Source: Thermoplasmata archaeon (GTDB lineage Archaea > Thermoplasmatota > Thermoplasmata > Lutacidiplasmatales > UBA184). Taken from it: a DNA stretch of 31,344 nucleotides. Every line of letters begins with the position of its first letter. Position 1 is the stretch's first letter. Location: the NCBI GenBank assembly GCA_050013635.1, contig JBEKEW010000003.1, forward strand, positions 1 to 31,344. Direction: 5' to 3'. The position numbers were made by a program, and so were the translations under genes. Shown here in pieces: positions 18,276 through 27,828 of the stretch. The notes under the pieces are model-generated. The model did no database searches and had not been told where the DNA came from. It was given only the letters and a program-made list of their open reading frames with translations.

Positions 18276-19724
18276 TCAGTTGTCCACGACCTTCACGCTC
18301 TCGCCGCCGTGGCGCGTCGCCCGCGGGCGGATCTCGCAGAACAGCGGAGTATGGTAGCCGCCCCCGGTGATGAGCGCCATGCCCACCGGGAGCGATTGGA
18401 TCGTGTCGGTCATCCCGGCCGTGAGCCCCTCGATCGACTGGGCGATCGCGCGCAGGTCGAGCGGGTTCGTCACCTGGAGGATCAACTGGGTGTTGCACTG
18501 GCTCAGCACGCTCTTGTCGATGCGCGCCGGGCGTTGGGTGACGACGCACAGACCGAGGCCGAACTTGCGGCCTTCGCTCGCGATCGTCTTCAGGATCCGC
18601 GAGGAGACGACCTGCCCCTGCTGCGGGGCGAAGTTGTGGGCCTCCTCGATCACGAGGAAGAGGGGTGGGATCTTGCCCTTCTTGCGGTTCTCGAAGAGCG
18701 TCGAGGAGATCCGTGCCGCTACGAGATGCTGGACGTCGGGCGCGACTCCCCGCAGGTTGATCAGCGTCGCCTCTCCCTTCTTCACGAGGTCGTTCAAACT
18801 CGTTCCTTGCGGGCCGAGGAGCTTGGTCTGCTCGACGTAGAGCAGGCGCTCGTAGAGCGTCTCGGCGATCGCCCCCTCCCCGTCTTCCGCCGCCCGCACG
18901 AGGTCGGCGACGGTGTAGTCGGGGTGGGCGCTCGACACCCGCTCGACCAATTGCCGGACGGGGGCCAGGAACGTCTTCACGTTCGTCAGGCCCATGAAGA
19001 CGAGCAGTTCTCGCGGCTCGAGGTGGTGGAGCGAGAACGTCAGCGGCTTCGCCGTGGGGTTGAGGGAGACGTCGGGGGAGTACTCCTGGATCTGGCGCGA
19101 GAAGCCTTGCGCCTCCACGCCGAACCGGCGGTGGGCCCCGTTCTTCTCGGCCGGGGAGCGCAGCGCCCCGTACTCCCCATGGGGATCGATGATGACGCAG
19201 GTCACCTTGTGGTGCAACAGCTCCTCGATGAGGACCCCGAGCAGGTAGCTCTTCCCGCCGCCGGTCTTGGCGAGCACGCTCACATGGCGCTGGACGAGCT
19301 GGTTGATGTCCAGCTCGACCCTAAGGTTGTGGTTGCGCAAGAGCCCGACGTACGCACCGGAGTTGGTGTGGTGGCTGAGACCGAGCACCTTGGCGATGAG
19401 AGGATCCTCGGCGCGGTAGACGTGGGCCCCGGGGCGGAACGGGATCGTCGGGATCTTCACAAGTCCCTGCGCGTCCCGGTACCCCACGATCCGCGCGATG
19501 CCGAGCAGGTTCTCCCGGATCGATGCCTCGTCGGCGGCCACGAGCGTGCGGGCGCGTTCGATGTCGAGATCGCTCTTGCGCAGCAGATCGTCCAGCTGGC
19601 AGAGGACGTCCCCGTGGAGTTCGTCCTCCACGCAGAGGTAGTCGCCCCGCTCGACCGGATGGATGAGGCTGAGCTGGAAGTGACCGAGCCCTACGTCCCC
19701 GAAGATACGGCCGACCTCCTCCAC
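18276..19724 (-). CDS. HerA-like ATPase (HerA/FtsK superfamily, DUF87 type)
   Basis: N-terminal barrel region, HVSVLAKTGGGKSY, IIDPHGEY, Walker B LVIEEAHNF, SEGRKFGLGLCVVTQRP, SQCNT. GTG start with an AT-rich element about 25 nt upstream. Confidence 0.9.
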   Translation of the reverse strand: MEEVGRIFGDVGLGHFQLSLIHPVERGDYLCVEDELHGDVLCQLDDLLRKSDLDIERARTLVAADEASIRENLLGIARIVGYRDAQGLVKIPTIPFRPGAHVYRAEDPLIAKVLGLSHHTNSGAYVGLLRNHNLRVELDINQLVQRHVSVLAKTGGGKSYLLGVLIEELLHHKVTCVIIDPHGEYGALRSPAEKNGAHRRFGVEAQGFSRQIQEYSPDVSLNPTAKPLTFSLHHLEPRELLVFMGLTNVKTFLAPVRQLVERVSSAHPDYTVADLVRAAEDGEGAIAETLYERLLYVEQTKLLGPQGTSLNDLVKKGEATLINLRGVAPDVQHLVAARISSTLFENRKKGKIPPLFLVIEEAHNFAPQQGQVVSSRILKTIASEGRKFGLGLCVVTQRPARIDKSVLSQCNTQLILQVTNPLDLRAIAQSIEGLTAGMTDTIQSLPVGMALITGGGYHTPLFCEIRPRATRHGGESVKVVDN

Positions 19725-19829
19725 GGACCGAATCAGCGGACCGCACGATATTAGTCTGCCGCGAGCGAGGAAATATCGAGGCGTGCCCCTGCGGCCCCGC
19801 GGTCGTCCCCGCCGCTTTCACGGGAAGCC

Positions 19830-19836
19830 CTTATAT
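19830..19836 (+). promoter_or_regulatory. Probable TATA box of coiled-coil gene
   Basis: CTTATAT; GGAGGT RBS follows at 19886-19891 ahead of TTG19898. Confidence 0.45.
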
Positions 19837-19897
19837 CGGGCGCCACCCTGAAACGGGACCCCGGTTCCTATCGGGAGCGCCGGTCGGAGGTGGTCGG

Positions 19898-20764
19898 TTG
19901 GCCGACGCCACGCAAGAGCTCGAACGCAAGCGCATCGAATCGAATCAGCGGGCCGACGAGCACCGGGCGGCGCGAGATCGGCTCAACGCCGAGGCCCGCC
20001 AGATCGCGGACGAGCGGGGCCGCATCCTGGACGAACTCCACGCGAAGAGCGCGGAGGCCCAGGAGCACCGACGGCATCGGGACGAACTGAACGAGCAGGT
20101 CCGCGAGGAGAAAGCGCTCCGCGAGGAGTGGAACCACAAGCTCCAAGAGACCAGCGATCGGGTCCAGGAGCTCAAGCGCACCCGCCAGCCCCGTACGGGT
20201 GCCGTCCCGGTGTGGCGGATGAAGAAGGAGCTCAAGGAGCTCGAGTTCCGGCACATGACGACGGCGCTCACGAACGAGCAGGAGAAGCGCCTGATCGAAG
20301 AGATGAAGCATCTCGAGCAGGCGATCCGCGAGCAGGACGAACAGTTGCGGCGCGACCCCGAGGTCGAGCAGGCGCTCCAGGCGATGGCGGAGGCCCGGGT
20401 CGAGGCGGAGAAGCACCACGCGGCGGTCGGGCAGAACGCGGAGGCGGCCCAGCACGCGCACGAAGCGATGGTCCTCCTGTACGAATCGGTCGACGAGCTG
20501 CGTCGGAAGGCCGACGAGGTGCAGACCCACCTCATCGAGGTCAAGGCCCGGGCGGACGAGCTCCATCGCGCCCACATCACCGCGATCGAGGAGGTGCGGG
20601 ACCTCGAGAAGATGCTCTACGCGACCCGTGGAGGTCACGCGCCCGCCGAGTGGGGCGAGGAGACCGAACCTCCGAAGGAGGAGGACTTCCTCGCCCGACT
20701 GAAGAAGGGAGAGAAGGTCTCGACCGCGGACCTGCTCGAACTGCAGAAGACGGGCCGCGGCTAG
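19898..20764 (+). CDS. Archaeal long coiled-coil protein (COG1340-like)
   Basis: 288 aa almost wholly E/K/R/A heptad-rich; RD.LN...R repeats; LEFRHMT..LT.EQEKRLIEE motif; KLKKGEKLST-like ending (RLKKGEKVSTADLLELQ). Confidence 0.8.
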   Translation: MADATQELERKRIESNQRADEHRAARDRLNAEARQIADERGRILDELHAKSAEAQEHRRHRDELNEQVREEKALREEWNHKLQETSDRVQELKRTRQPRTGAVPVWRMKKELKELEFRHMTTALTNEQEKRLIEEMKHLEQAIREQDEQLRRDPEVEQALQAMAEARVEAEKHHAAVGQNAEAAQHAHEAMVLLYESVDELRRKADEVQTHLIEVKARADELHRAHITAIEEVRDLEKMLYATRGGHAPAEWGEETEPPKEEDFLARLKKGEKVSTADLLELQKTGRG

Positions 20765-20795
20765 GCCTTCCCACGCGCCGTTCTCGCCGATCCCG

Positions 20796-21641
20796 CTACG
20801 GGACCGGTGCGATGGGGGTCGATGCCGCCGGCGTGAGCCGGGACCCGCGGCCCCCGACGATCCGCGCGACGTACCCGAACGCCGCGGCCGATAGGCGCAT
20901 CCAGGCCATCGCTCCCCGTTGCCGCTCGATCAGACGCCGCGGCTTGTAGCTCGACCACAACGACCCGTTCTTCTCGGTCAATTGCTTACGACCGTAGCCG
21001 TTCCAGAACGCTTGGTAGAGGAATCGAACGAACGTCGTCCGCATGTGGTGGTAGACGATCGCATCCGGGGCGTACCGGATGGCGACGCCGGTCCGAACGG
21101 CCCGCAGATTGAGATCGATGTCCTCGGCGGTGATGAAACGGGGGTCGAACCCGCCCAAACGATCGAACAGCACCCGCCGGTAGGCGAGGTTGCAGGAGGG
21201 GTAGGTCACATCGCTGCCCTTCAGGTAGAGCTCGATCCGCTCCAGGTCCCCGTAGTGAACGCGGCCGATCGGCTGCGTTCGGCCCGCGACGACATCGGAG
21301 TGGTGGAACTCCTCCCGCAGGACCGACAGCCAGGCCGGGTCCGCGGCGCAATCCCCGTCGATGAACGCCACGAACTCCCCCTGGGCTACGGCGACGCCGG
21401 CGTTGCGCCCCACCCCGCGCGAGCCGTACCGCTGGAAGGCGCGGAACCGATCCGGATAACGGCGCGCGTACTCCCCGGCGATCTCGAAGCTACGGTCCCG
21501 GCTCAGCGCGTCGACGAGGATGACCTCGTACGGCGGCTCCTGCCCGACCAGGCTTTCGAAGAGCTGCCGAAGGTTCGGTTCTTCGTTCCGGACCGTGATA
21601 ACGACCGATATCAGCGGACGCGAACGTGCATCACTTGCCAA
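20796..21641 (-). CDS. Glycosyltransferase family 2 (GT-A)
   Basis: ISVVITVRNEE, EVILVDALS.D, GRNAGV, FIDGDC, GGFDPRF..AEDIDL; TTG start overlapping the PRC-barrel stop by 11 nt. Confidence 0.9.
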   Translation of the reverse strand: MASDARSRPLISVVITVRNEEPNLRQLFESLVGQEPPYEVILVDALSRDRSFEIAGEYARRYPDRFRAFQRYGSRGVGRNAGVAVAQGEFVAFIDGDCAADPAWLSVLREEFHHSDVVAGRTQPIGRVHYGDLERIELYLKGSDVTYPSCNLAYRRVLFDRLGGFDPRFITAEDIDLNLRAVRTGVAIRYAPDAIVYHHMRTTFVRFLYQAFWNGYGRKQLTEKNGSLWSSYKPRRLIERQRGAMAWMRLSAAAFGYVARIVGGRGSRLTPAASTPIAPVP

Positions 21642-21873
21642 TGTCCATCACGACGACGTCCTTGACGGCACGCATGCTCTTGAAGGGGAGCACGAGACGA
21701 CCGGACGTGTCGCTCTGAAACAGGCGAGGCTCGATGTCCTCGTTCGGCGTGACGAGGACGTGGGCGATGGTGCCGGTGAGCGTGTCCACGACGAAGTTGT
21801 CGATCATGCCGAGGATCTGCCCGTCATTGGTCATCACGGTTTTTCCCCGTAGTTCGGTGAGGAATTTGCGCAT
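21631..21873 (-). CDS. PRC-barrel domain protein
   Basis: LTELRGKTVMTNDGQILGMIDNFVVD..TG.I, LVLPFKSMRAVKDVVV; ATG21873 about 30 nt below TTAAATA (21905-21911, minus). Confidence 0.88.
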   Translation of the reverse strand: MRKFLTELRGKTVMTNDGQILGMIDNFVVDTLTGTIAHVLVTPNEDIEPRLFQSDTSGRLVLPFKSMRAVKDVVVMDIGK

Positions 21874-22055
21874 CGAGGCCTCCACCGGCCATGTCGGACC
21901 ACGCTATTTAACCGTTGGCTGGATGAGAAGGGTCGGCCGGTACGGCGTGCTGCCGCGCGCGGACCCGGTCCACCGGTCCGGTCCGGAACGCACGGTGCAC
22001 CGCCGGTCCAAAAACGGTGCTCGGTCGAGAACGCACCCGCGGCTGCGGGCAACGC

Positions 22056-22061
22056 TTATAT
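22056..22061 (+). promoter_or_regulatory. TATA box of rpl18e operon
   Basis: TTATAT about 30 nt upstream of ATG22091. Confidence 0.55.
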
Positions 22062-22090
22062 CGGCGACCTTGGTCGGAGCCGTTCCGCCC

Positions 22091-22456
22091 ATGGCCCTCA
22101 TCCTGGACAAGCAGAATCCCGAGCTCTCCCACGCCGTACGGGAGCTCCAGATCGCTGCCAAGACGCACGACGCGGCGATCTGGGGGGCCGTGGCCCAACG
22201 CCTCGGTCGCGCGCGGCATCAGACGACCCCGGTGAACGTGGGGCACCTCGAACGTCTCGTCCAGGACAAGGAGGTCGTTGTCGTCCCTGGCAAACTGCTT
22301 GCGGACGGGTCGATCACCAAGCCGATCACCGTCGCGGCCTTCCAGTGCTCGCCGGCGGCGCGCTCGAAGATCCAGGCCGCGGGGGGCACGGTGCTCACGA
22401 TCCACGAGCTGATCAAGTCCAAGCCCGATGGGGCGGGGGTACGGATCTTTGGCTGA
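22091..22456 (+). CDS. rpl18e: 50S ribosomal protein L18e (eL18)
   Basis: NPEL, IW..VAQRL, VNVGHL, VVVPGKLL.DG, VAAFQCS.AARSKI..AGG. True start ATG22091 inside track ORF 21734..22456. Confidence 0.95.
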   Translation: MALILDKQNPELSHAVRELQIAAKTHDAAIWGAVAQRLGRARHQTTPVNVGHLERLVQDKEVVVVPGKLLADGSITKPITVAAFQCSPAARSKIQAAGGTVLTIHELIKSKPDGAGVRIFG

Positions 22457-22901
22457 ACCGCGTGCGGCCCTTCCGCCGGCGTCCGCCAAGGTCGTCGATG
22501 TCTCGGGTCTCGTCCTGGGCCGGGCCTCGAGCTTGATCGCCCAACGGCTCCTGGCGGGGGAGGAGATCGTCGTGGTGAACACCGAGAAGTGCGTCGTCAC
22601 CGGGCCCCGCGCGAGCGTGCTCGGGCATTACACCGCCGCCCGGGCCCAGGGCTCGGTACGCTCGGGACCTCACTATCCCCGGTACCCGGACCGGATCTTC
22701 CGTCGCACGGTGCGGGGCATGCTACCCCACTTGAAGACCCGCGGCAAGGAGGCGTACGACCGTCTGGAGGTGTTCATCGGGGTCCCCGACGAGTACCAGA
22801 ACGTCCCGCGCGAGACCCTCGACATCGCGAAGGCCCGCCCCACGTTGCGCAGCGCGATCACGCTCGGCGAGGTCTCCAAGCTGCTGGGAGCGCGTCTATG
22901 A
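22449..22901 (+). CDS. rpl13: 50S ribosomal protein L13 (uL13)
   Basis: VVDVSGLVLGRASS.IAQRLL.GEEIVVVN.EK, GPHYPRYPDRIFRRTVRGMLP; TTG22449 overlaps the rpl18e stop. Confidence 0.96.
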   Translation: MAEPRAALPPASAKVVDVSGLVLGRASSLIAQRLLAGEEIVVVNTEKCVVTGPRASVLGHYTAARAQGSVRSGPHYPRYPDRIFRRTVRGMLPHLKTRGKEAYDRLEVFIGVPDEYQNVPRETLDIAKARPTLRSAITLGEVSKLLGARL

Positions 22902-23305
22902 AGGCACCGGTGGTCGTGCTGACCACGGGGAAGCGCAAGGAGGCGATCGCGCGTGCCTCGATCCGTAAAGGATCCGGGCGCGTGCGCATCAACGACACCC
23001 CGCTCGAGTTCGTCGAGCCCGAGCTCGTTCGGCTGAAGATCCAAGAGCCGCTCCTGATGGTCGGGGAGAAGTGGAAGACGGTCGACATCTCCGTGCACGT
23101 GCAAGGTGGCGGCATCATGGGTCAGGCGTCCGCCGCGCGCACGGCCGTCGCGCGGGGTCTCTTGGGATGGATCAAGGATCCCGCCCTGGCGGAGATGTTC
23201 AAGCGGTACGACCGGTCCCTGATCGTCAACGACCCGCGCCGAAAGTTGCCGAAGCGACCCGGCGGCCGCGGAGCCCGTAAGCGCCGCCAGAAGTCCTACC
23301 GTTGA
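22898..23305 (+). CDS. rps9: 30S ribosomal protein S9 (uS9)
   Basis: [55 protein letters not shown]; ATGA overlap with rpl13. Confidence 0.97.
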   Translation: MKAPVVVLTTGKRKEAIARASIRKGSGRVRINDTPLEFVEPELVRLKIQEPLLMVGEKWKTVDISVHVQGGGIMGQASAARTAVARGLLGWIKDPALAEMFKRYDRSLIVNDPRRKLPKRPGGRGARKRRQKSYR

Positions 23306-23330
23306 GGGATACCGAGGAGGTGGTTCGATC

Positions 23331-23528
23331 ATGACGATGATGATCCCGATCCGCTGCTTCACGTGCGGCACCGTCATCGGCCAGTTCTGGGACCCGTACC
23401 TCGACCGGACCGCGCGCGGCGAGAACGCGGGGGACGTCCTCGACGCGCTCGGGCTCGAGCGGTACTGCTGCCGTCGGATGCTCCTTACCCACGTCGACCT
23501 GCTCGACGAGGTCGGCCCGTACGGCTGA
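23331..23528 (+). CDS. rpoN: DNA-directed RNA polymerase subunit N (Rpo10)
   Basis: [30 protein letters not shown]; GGAGGT RBS upstream. Confidence 0.97.
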   Translation: MTMMIPIRCFTCGTVIGQFWDPYLDRTARGENAGDVLDALGLERYCCRRMLLTHVDLLDEVGPYG

Positions 23529-24312
23529 TCGACGCGGGGCTGCGGAGCGCCCCCCTCGGATCCCGTTCGATCGTGCCGTAGCGTACTATGACGCGAGCCG
23601 GGGGTTCCCGGCCGAGGTGAGCACGGCGCTCGGGACCGCGCTCGCGGCCGAGCTTGCGGGCCGGGCGACCCTCGAGGTCGGAGTCGGGACCGCGCGGATC
23701 GCAGCGCCCCTCGTGGAACGGGGTATCGCGCTGGTGGGCGTCGACCTCTCGCGCCCGATGCTGCGACGGGCCGTGGAGAAGGGCCTGCGGGCCGGTGTCG
23801 TCGCCGACGGGGCCCATCTGCCGTTCTGCGATCATGCGTTCGACGCGGCGATGACGGTGCACGTGACCCACCTCTTGGCCGATTGGCCCCACGTCCTGGG
23901 CGAGATCGCCCGGGTCACCCGCACCGAGTACCTCTCCGTCATCGAAGGGCCCACCCCTCGGCGCCGTGGACCTGCCTCCGAGTACTACCGCTCGCTCCAG
24001 GAGGAGGGGGTTCTCGCAGCACATCCCGGGCTGCACGAGTGGCGCCTCGCCGAGCAGCTCCCGCCGGACCGCTGGCGGCCGGTGATCGAGTACGACGATC
24101 GAACGAGCACGGAGGCCCTCTTCCACATCCTGGAACGCCGACAATGGTCGAACCAGTGGAAGGTCCCCGAGGGAGCGCACCGGAGGGCCCTCGAGGCCGC
24201 CCGGGCTCGGTTCCCGACCGATACCGAGATCGTGACCCCGACCCGGCTCCGCATCGCGATCTGGTCGGTCGCGCGGCTCGCAGCGCACGTCTCCCGGCAG
24301 ATCGCTCCGTAA
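23521..24312 (+). CDS. Class I SAM-dependent methyltransferase; start upstream of track GTG23617, ACG23521 inferred
   Basis: [37 protein letters not shown]. Family-like N-terminal [13 protein letters not shown] (23566-23604) precedes the first canonical start. Confidence 0.82.
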   Translation, partial: TADRRGAAERPPRIPFDRAVAYYDASRGFPAEVSTALGTALAAELAGRATLEVGVGTARIAAPLVERGIALVGVDLSRPMLRRAVEKGLRAGVVADGAHLPFCDHAFDAAMTVHVTHLLADWPHVLGEIARVTRTEYLSVIEGPTPRRRGPASEYYRSLQEEGVLAAHPGLHEWRLAEQLPPDRWRPVIEYDDRTSTEALFHILERRQWSNQWKVPEGAHRRALEAARARFPTDTEIVTPTRLRIAIWSVARLAAHVSRQIAP

Positions 24313-24357
24313 GCTCGGGGGAGCTTCATCGGCGGGCCACCCCAGGAGCGGGCGCGT

Positions 24358-27300
24358 CTACGCGTTGTCCTTGCCCTTGTCGCGCTTGGAGCCGCGCTCG
24401 AGACCGGAGCGGCCCGTCTTCGGGTTCGCCCGACGGGCGCGGCGGCGGAACAAGAACACCAAGAGCACGATGATGATCACCGCGACGGCGGCGATGATCG
24501 CGTACTCGATGTACAGGTTGATCGGGTTCTGGTTGACGGTGATCGGGGTCGAGGTGAGGTTCGGACCGTTGACGTAGTCCGCCGGGAACTCATTGGACGC
24601 CGTGGCGTTCGCGTAGAGGATCCAGTTCCCGACCGGCCCAGGGGTCCACGAGATCTGGGCGCGGACGGTCGCACCGTAGGGGAGGCTCGGGATCGTCCCC
24701 GTGGCCCAAGGGGTCGGGTTGACGATTCCGTTGGTGTAGTTATAGAACTGCACCGAGGAAGAGCCCGCGTTCACGATGAAGTTGGGGGATCCGACGCCGC
24801 TCGGAGGCAGCAGGTAGAACGCCACCTGGACGTTGTTCGCCACGGACTTCGAGCCGCCGCCCACCGTGACGTTGACCCAGATCGTGTAGGAAGAACCGGC
24901 GGTCATCGAGCCCGGTGCGTTCAGATTGTTCGCCGCCATGATCGGTCGCGTCGTGGTGTTCACCGAGACGGTGAGCGCCTGAGAGGTCCACGCCACGTTC
25001 CCGGCGCGATCGGTCGTGGTCAGGTTGATGGTGTACGGGGTCGCCTGCGGATAGAGCCACGCGGTCCACGCACCGGGGTAGGTGAACGGGGGCACGCTCG
25101 CGGATTGGTTGTACCAGAGGTTCACCGTGCGGTTCGCGGTGTTGTTGACGTGCCAGGTGTACTGCACGACCGAGCCGTTGTTCGGGTCGGTCGAGTTCGC
25201 GCCGTTGAACTGGACCTGAGCGGTCCCGTTGGCTCCCTCGATCACGCCGCTGCCGGGGACCGGCTTGCCCTTCGCGTTCTGGATCTGGAACGCGGGGAGC
25301 GGCTTCTGCTGATCGACGACGAGGATCACGAGCGTCGCAGCCGCCGCGTGCCCCTCGCCGTCCCAGACGGTGAGGGTCATGTTGTACTGCCAACCGAGGA
25401 ACGGCACACCGATGCTGCCGACGATCCCATTCGAGAGGTAGAGCCCGTTTCCGAGGAAGGCGAGCGACCAGTTCGAAAGGAACCGCGCCCCCTGACTCAC
25501 CGAGAAGTTCGCGATCGTCTGGAACTGGTTCGCGGTGACCTTGAAGGAGGCGACCGACAGCACGCTCGGGACGGCGGGGAAGCCGACGTTCGCCGAGCTG
25601 CCCGATGCGTTGAACTGTAACGTGGTCGACCAATTGACGTACAGATACGTCGTCCCGGCCGTGGTCTGGCGGACCTGGGTACCGGTCGCATTGTAGGAGA
25701 TGTTCGCCTTGGTCAGACCCGCGGAGACGACCCAAACGTGGTAGGCGACCGTGTTCACGAGTCCCCCGGAGTTCGTCACGGTGAGGGTGCCGGTGAGGGC
25801 GGTCTGGGTCGTGGCGACAGCGTACGTGTGGTAGGTAGTCGGGTGGGTGCTCGCGTTCAGCGGGGTTCCGTCCCCGAAGTTCCACACGAAGAACGAGCCG
25901 TTGGTCCCGCTGGGGTAGGTCGAGTTCAGCGCGCTGAAGGTGACGTTCTGCCCGAGGCCTACGACGACCGTGTAGTTCCCCTTGCTCTCGTTCAGTACGT
26001 TCGATTGCGAGAACGTGAAGCTGGAGACGGAGGCGTTCACGCTCGCCGTGACCCCGCCGAACTTGACGACCGAGAAGGTCGCGGTACCGAAGCCCGACCC
26101 GCTCGATAGGGACGTGAGCGAGAACGATGTCCAGGTGTTCCCCTTCCCCGTCGCGGAGAGCTGAGTGTTCGCCGGCGCTGCGGTGCCCGCTGCCAACGAG
26201 TAGCCTTGCGGGAGAACGACGCGGTAGACGAAGCTCTGCGCCTGCGTGGGGTACCGGTAGTTGAACGCGAACGTGTACTGGCTGTTGTTCGCGCGGACCG
26301 TGGAGCTGAGCCCGTAGCTCTGGGCATAGTTCAGGGTGAGCGTCGACGTGCTCGTCGGGCCGCAGGAGCCGGCGACGCACGTGGACGAGTAGGTGAACGC
26401 ATTGGTCGAGGCCTCGTTGAACGCCGTGCCGTTGATCGACGTCGCCGCCTGGACGGCGGGGAAGAACGGTCCCGCCGACTGGATCGCGGTCGCGACCGTC
26501 GGGAGCGAGGATGCTGGGAAGTAGACCGAGTGGTTCCAGTCCAGGCCGAGCTGCGACCAGAGATCCCCGACCGAGGCGTTCGCGAACGTCGGGATCACCG
26601 CGTTCGCACCGAGCGTCGCGGTGGTGCTGACCGCCAGCGTGCCGCTCCCCTGCGTCCCCAGCGCAACGCCGGAGAAGTTCAGGACGGTGGTATACACGGC
26701 CGGAGGCGAGATCGCGTTCACGGCCACGTTCTGATAGATCGGGGCGTTGGCCGAGACGGTCTGCGCGTAGTACGCGGTCGAGTACCCGACCGGCGAGAGG
26801 AAGACATCGAACGGCTGGGGGCCGCTCACGAAGTCCGCCGGGTACGTCCCGAACGAATAGAAGCCGCCCGGTGGGGTCGCTCCCGAGTAGATGTAGCCGT
26901 TGCTCGGATCGTAGACGGTGACGTTGCCGCCGTTCCCGACGTGGACCGCGGGGCTCGTGCCCGCTACGTTCTCGAATCCCGAGATGAGGTAATCCTGCGC
27001 CGAGATGTTGACGGTCTGGATCGGCGCGTTGATCACGACCTGCGTCAGGTTGTAGTGGATGGTCGGGCCCGGGACGGTCGTCTCGGCGACCCAGGTCCCC
27101 TCGGGGGCCTGCAGCTTGTACGACCCGTTCGAGGTCGTGGTGTTCCAACCGAGAACGAAGCCGTTGTAGGCCGGGTCCAGAAGCTGGACGGTCGACACGA
27201 CGGTCCGGCCCGCGTAGGTGACGGTACCCTGGAGGGTCGAGCTGTACGGGAGGATGGAGACCCCCGTGATCGTGACCGGGGTGGCCGTCCCGCCCGAACC

Positions 27301-27708
27301 GAGGTTGGAAGCGGAGAAGTAGCTGAACACGGGGCTCGGCGTCTGGGGGATCGCCGCGCACGGACTGCACCCGGAGAGGGTCAAGCTCGCCTGAGGAGCC
27401 ACCCACGCGCCCCACCAGCCCGGGGTGAGCCCGGGGGCGTTGGTGACGCTCGAGAACGTGAACTGACCGCTTCCACCGATGGTCGTGGCCGTGTAGGTCT
27501 GGTTCGTTGCCTGGGATACGAGGCTGACCGTTACCCCGGCGGGCACCGGGTTCGGCGCGCCCGTCGGCTGCTCCACGTACCCGTACAGGGTGTACGTTGT
27601 CGTAGTAGCTGCCGGGGCGGCGCTGACCGGCACGATGGCGGCCAAGAGCACGACCAGGACCAATCCCACCAAGGCGACCTGCGGCACGGCTCGATGCAAC
27701 GACTTCAC
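24358..27708 (-). CDS. Large membrane-anchored surface glycoprotein (S-layer/adhesin-like; PKD/Ig-like and CARDB-like domains)
   Basis: Sec-type signal peptide (VSA/AP), S/T/N/G-rich beta-strand composition, PKD-like FVWNFGDG and GANSTDP.NG....YTW, more than 35 N-x-S/T sequons by hand count, C-terminal TM helix followed by RRRARR basic tail. GTG start. Confidence 0.85.
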   Translation of the reverse strand: MKSLHRAVPQVALVGLVLVVLLAAIVPVSAAPAATTTTYTLYGYVEQPTGAPNPVPAGVTVSLVSQATNQTYTATTIGGSGQFTFSSVTNAPGLTPGWWGAWVAPQASLTLSGCSPCAAIPQTPSPVFSYFSASNLGSGGTATPVTITGVSILPYSSTLQGTVTYAGRTVVSTVQLLDPAYNGFVLGWNTTTSNGSYKLQAPEGTWVAETTVPGPTIHYNLTQVVINAPIQTVNISAQDYLISGFENVAGTSPAVHVGNGGNVTVYDPSNGYIYSGATPPGGFYSFGTYPADFVSGPQPFDVFLSPVGYSTAYYAQTVSANAPIYQNVAVNAISPPAVYTTVLNFSGVALGTQGSGTLAVSTTATLGANAVIPTFANASVGDLWSQLGLDWNHSVYFPASSLPTVATAIQSAGPFFPAVQAATSINGTAFNEASTNAFTYSSTCVAGSCGPTSTSTLTLNYAQSYGLSSTVRANNSQYTFAFNYRYPTQAQSFVYRVVLPQGYSLAAGTAAPANTQLSATGKGNTWTSFSLTSLSSGSGFGTATFSVVKFGGVTASVNASVSSFTFSQSNVLNESKGNYTVVVGLGQNVTFSALNSTYPSGTNGSFFVWNFGDGTPLNASTHPTTYHTYAVATTQTALTGTLTVTNSGGLVNTVAYHVWVVSAGLTKANISYNATGTQVRQTTAGTTYLYVNWSTTLQFNASGSSANVGFPAVPSVLSVASFKVTANQFQTIANFSVSQGARFLSNWSLAFLGNGLYLSNGIVGSIGVPFLGWQYNMTLTVWDGEGHAAAATLVILVVDQQKPLPAFQIQNAKGKPVPGSGVIEGANGTAQVQFNGANSTDPNNGSVVQYTWHVNNTANRTVNLWYNQSASVPPFTYPGAWTAWLYPQATPYTINLTTTDRAGNVAWTSQALTVSVNTTTRPIMAANNLNAPGSMTAGSSYTIWVNVTVGGGSKSVANNVQVAFYLLPPSGVGSPNFIVNAGSSSVQFYNYTNGIVNPTPWATGTIPSLPYGATVRAQISWTPGPVGNWILYANATASNEFPADYVNGPNLTSTPITVNQNPINLYIEYAIIAAVAVIIIVLLVFLFRRRARRANPKTGRSGLERGSKRDKGKDNA

Positions 27709-27764
27709 GACTCCCGTTTCTATCGTCCCCCTATCGGAGGACTCGGCGCCGAACCTAGTCGCTC

Positions 27765-27772
27765 TACATATA
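27765..27772 (-). promoter_or_regulatory. Probable TATA box of surface glycoprotein gene
   Basis: TATATGTA on minus strand about 57 nt upstream of GTG27708. Confidence 0.4.
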
Positions 27773-27828
27773 GCTTGCTCGCCAAAAGGTACCGTCCGCC
27801 GCCGGAGGGTCGCGGCACGAGGCGCTCT

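Noticed and set aside
21912-22050. Hidden tRNA or sRNA upstream of rpl18e; four CCGGTC copies at 21965-22008
   Set aside because: No T-loop or cloverleaf on either strand and no C/D box pair; short GC-rich hexamer recurrence is expected at this GC content.
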